DNA of 40,560 bases. It comes from a phage. Made by a program: the position numbers and the translations under genes. The notes under the pieces were generated by a model. It made no database searches. It was given only the letters and a program-made list of their open reading frames with translations, and had not been told where the DNA came from. This document shows positions 38,522-40,560 of the stretch, piece after piece (within the stretch, counting starts at the first letter, position 1; every line of letters begins with the position of its first letter). The stretch is taken from sequence record QB031379.1; one strand, written 5' to 3'.

Positions 38522-38921
38522 AAGTCCTCCCGTTTTTAATGTCACAGATAGTCTGTTGGGAGACTCCATAGGTCTGCGATAGGCGCTTGCCGGACTCGCT
38601 GGACTCTATAATAGCCATCACATCTTCATCACATAGTTTGTATCCTTTGTGAGAGCGACCCTTATCTACCATGTCCTTAGAGTTCTCTTTGGGAGTCCCG
38701 ATGGATAGATGCGAAGGGTTGCAACATAATGGGTTATCACAGGAATGCAGAACTGTAGAACCCTTTGGGGCGTTAGACATAACGCGGTGACAGTACAGAG
38801 TCTTCTTAGAGTCTCCGCACCACACCTGCCCGTACCCCTTAGAGTTCACAGCACCTGACCACTCCCAACATCCAGCAGGAGTCACCCTGATTCTCTCAAG
38901 GATTTTCTCCCGCACGTTCAT
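38502..38921 (-). CDS. HNH-family endonuclease-like protein (T7 gene 2.8 position)
   Basis: 139 aa; Cys/His motif ...GCWEW...GYGQV...CHRV...HSCDNPLCCNPSHL...GT..EN is typical of HNH nucleases. Confidence 0.7.
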   Translation of the reverse strand: MNVREKILERIRVTPAGCWEWSGAVNSKGYGQVWCGDSKKTLYCHRVMSNAPKGSTVLHSCDNPLCCNPSHLSIGTPKENSKDMVDKGRSHKGYKLCDEDVMAIIESSESGKRLSQTYGVSQQTICDIKNGRTYGRLRR

Positions 38922-39626
38922 TTAGAAGTCACCATCTTCGTCTTCCTCGTCCTCTTCTTCTGATTCTTCGTTCCAACCAGAATCATTTTGAGGACGTTGA
39001 CGGGTTTGTGCTTCATCAGCTTCGTAGCCATCTTCTTCGACTTCATCACCCCAATCGTCATCACCACCACCGAACTCGACCAGCTTAATCAGCATCACGG
39101 AATCCAGTTGCAGCTTAACGGAAGCACCTGCCACAGCAGACCAACCGTAAGGGAACAGAGTGTATTTAATCTTCAGTTCAGAGCCACCAGAGATAGCTGG
39201 ACGCTCACCACGGATGCGCTTACCTTTGGAGTCCACGATAGCCAAGTCGATTGGTTTGTTCTCACCAGTCTTCTTGTCAGTGAACGAGCCGTAGCACTTG
39301 AAGTTGAACGTAGTGGTTCCATCTTCGTTATCCATGAAAGGCATGTCGCCAACATATGGCTTCAGCGGTTTCTTACCCTTGACAACTTTCGGCGGGTTAG
39401 CTTCGTACTCTTCGAGTCGAGCAGCGTAGTCCGTCTCATGGGCTTCGACAATCTCGTCAATCATCTTCTGACAGCGAGGGTCGTCGTTGGGTACAGTCAG
39501 CGATACTTTGTAGACACCACGTTCGTTCTTGAAGTCACCACTACCGAAGTCCGGCTTTGCCAGATAGCAGTAAGGTTCAGCAACACCACGAGCGGAAGTG
39601 AATACTTTACGTTTTGCGAATGCCAT
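38922..39626 (-). CDS. Single-stranded DNA-binding protein (T7 gene 2.5 homolog)
   Basis: 234 aa; acidic C-terminal tail ...EEDEEDEDGDF ending in Phe as in T7 gp2.5. Confidence 0.95.
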   Translation of the reverse strand: MAFAKRKVFTSARGVAEPYCYLAKPDFGSGDFKNERGVYKVSLTVPNDDPRCQKMIDEIVEAHETDYAARLEEYEANPPKVVKGKKPLKPYVGDMPFMDNEDGTTTFNFKCYGSFTDKKTGENKPIDLAIVDSKGKRIRGERPAISGGSELKIKYTLFPYGWSAVAGASVKLQLDSVMLIKLVEFGGGDDDWGDEVEEDGYEADEAQTRQRPQNDSGWNEESEEEDEEDEDGDF

Positions 39627-39673
39627 AATGTTTCTCCTTTAGTTTCTGAAAGTTAAAAGTGGGAAACGCTGTG

Positions 39674-39697
39674 TCTCCCATTAGTGAGTCCTATTAA
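39674..39697 (-). promoter_or_regulatory. Phage-RNAP promoter (phi2.5-like): TAATAGGACTCACTAATGGGAGAC
   Basis: Core with G at -12, upstream of the SSB gene. Confidence 0.65.
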
Positions 39698-39885
39698 ACC
39701 TTACGGTCTGGACGGATGCGTGTTACAGCGAAGCCAGCAGGGACGTATTGCCACTCAGCTAACTCATTGGCCTCTTCAAGAGACGTAGCGAACACAGGTA
39801 CTTCGAACGATTGGCCTTGGCCTTCTACCGTAGCGAAGAACTTCTTGTCACCGTTTACCAGTGACCCTTTATTCAGAGTGCTCAT
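39694..39885 (-). CDS. gp2-like inhibitor of host RNA polymerase
   Basis: 63 aa; ...[46 protein letters not shown] matches T7 gp2 as I recall it. Confidence 0.85.
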   Translation of the reverse strand: MSTLNKGSLVNGDKKFFATVEGQGQSFEVPVFATSLEEANELAEWQYVPAGFAVTRIRPDRKV

Positions 39886-39972
39886 TGTCCTCTCTCCTTC
39901 CAGTGATTATATAATTCAAGGTAGTCGGTGTTGCCTGTCTTTTCAAACATACGCTCACACCATTCGCTAGGT

Positions 39973-40284
39973 TTAAGCATGGCATTTACCTTTATGTTTC
40001 TCGTACAGTTCACCGTAGAACCCAGCTTTCGCCATGTCCTTCTCTAAGAATGCCAGTTCGGATTTCTTACCAGCACGGAGGCGATACTTAAGGATGTTCC
40101 CTAAGCAGTACCCTTTGAACTGTTCGCGGGTCATCGACCGGGCAATCACTTCGATAGCCTCAATGTCGTCAAACAACATATAGTGGCTCGGAGTCCGAAC
40201 ACCCTCTATATCTTGTGGTTTAGCTACAGGTTCACAGGTGTGAGGGTAGCGGTCATCATTCTCTAAACATGCCATGCAGACCAT
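39973..40284 (-). CDS. Short gp1.7-like protein (in T7 a nucleotide kinase), 103 aa
   Basis: ...CLENDDRYPHTC... and ...PSHYMLFDDIEAIEVIARSMT...KGYCLGNILKYRLRAGKKSELAFLEKD... match the ends of T7 gp1.7 (196 aa as I recall) with the middle absent. Confidence 0.7.
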   Translation of the reverse strand: MVCMACLENDDRYPHTCEPVAKPQDIEGVRTPSHYMLFDDIEAIEVIARSMTREQFKGYCLGNILKYRLRAGKKSELAFLEKDMAKAGFYGELYEKHKGKCHA

Positions 40285-40547
40285 TAGAACACCTCCTTGA
40301 TACGTGCAATTACCAGACGGACTTTAGGAAAACGGGTGACGAGAACCGGAATGAAAGGCCGGGAGCCAGTGGTCGCTTCTTTATATAAGCCAGTGGTGAT
40401 TACAGCGTGAACACGAGGTGCTAACTCAATGGTCGAGCCAAGCACTTTAGGGATGACTGCGTGTTTCTCAGAGGCCAGAACAGTAGAGCGGTCAGCGCCA
40501 CGCGCAGAGAAGATGCCATTAGATTTGTTGAAGTGAAGTCTTAACAT
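40284..40547 (-). CDS. Hypothetical protein at the gene 1.6 position, 87 aa
   Basis: ORF track; ATG at 40545-40547 with GGAGG 7 nt upstream; stop overlaps the gene 1.7 ATG (TAATG). Confidence 0.55.
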   Translation of the reverse strand: MLRLHFNKSNGIFSARGADRSTVLASEKHAVIPKVLGSTIELAPRVHAVITTGLYKEATTGSRPFIPVLVTRFPKVRLVIARIKEVF

Positions 40548-40560
40548 AGTTGTGTCCTCC

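Overview
This 40,560-bp window is an essentially complete genome of a lytic T7-like podovirus (T7/T3 group, Autographiviridae), given as the reverse complement of the usual map: every convincing gene is on the - strand. Read on the - strand from high to low coordinates, gene order is T7-colinear: early genes 0.3, 0.6, 0.7 and RNA polymerase (7470 to 2643), then 1.1, 1.2 and ligase, wrapping across the window boundary (gene 1.5 at 15..95, gene 1.6 at 40284..40547), then DNA metabolism genes 1.7 to 6 (40284 to 30570), then structural, lysis and packaging genes 6.7 to 19.5 (30153 to 8771). The record is circularly permuted: the physical genome end, terminal repeat and concatemer junction lie at about 8347..8540, inside a 1.7-kb non-coding block (7471..9192) that also holds host-type sigma70 promoters. 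About 16 phage-RNAP promoters share a T7-like core (TAATACGACTCACTA[T/A]TGGGAG, T at -1 where T7 has A), and eight conserved RNase III hairpins, a Tphi-like terminator and a gene 10 -1 frameshift extension are visible. Assignments rest on my recall of T7/T3 proteins and signals, not on any search. The content is a mosaic: T3-like SAM hydrolase and left-end sequence, but T7-like promoters and tail-fiber tip. The most interesting candidates are two well-packed 185-aa ORFs with no T7 counterpart I recognise (1996..2553 and 10966..11523), plus a few small accessory ORFs. I found no tRNA, CRISPR array, integrase or transposase.
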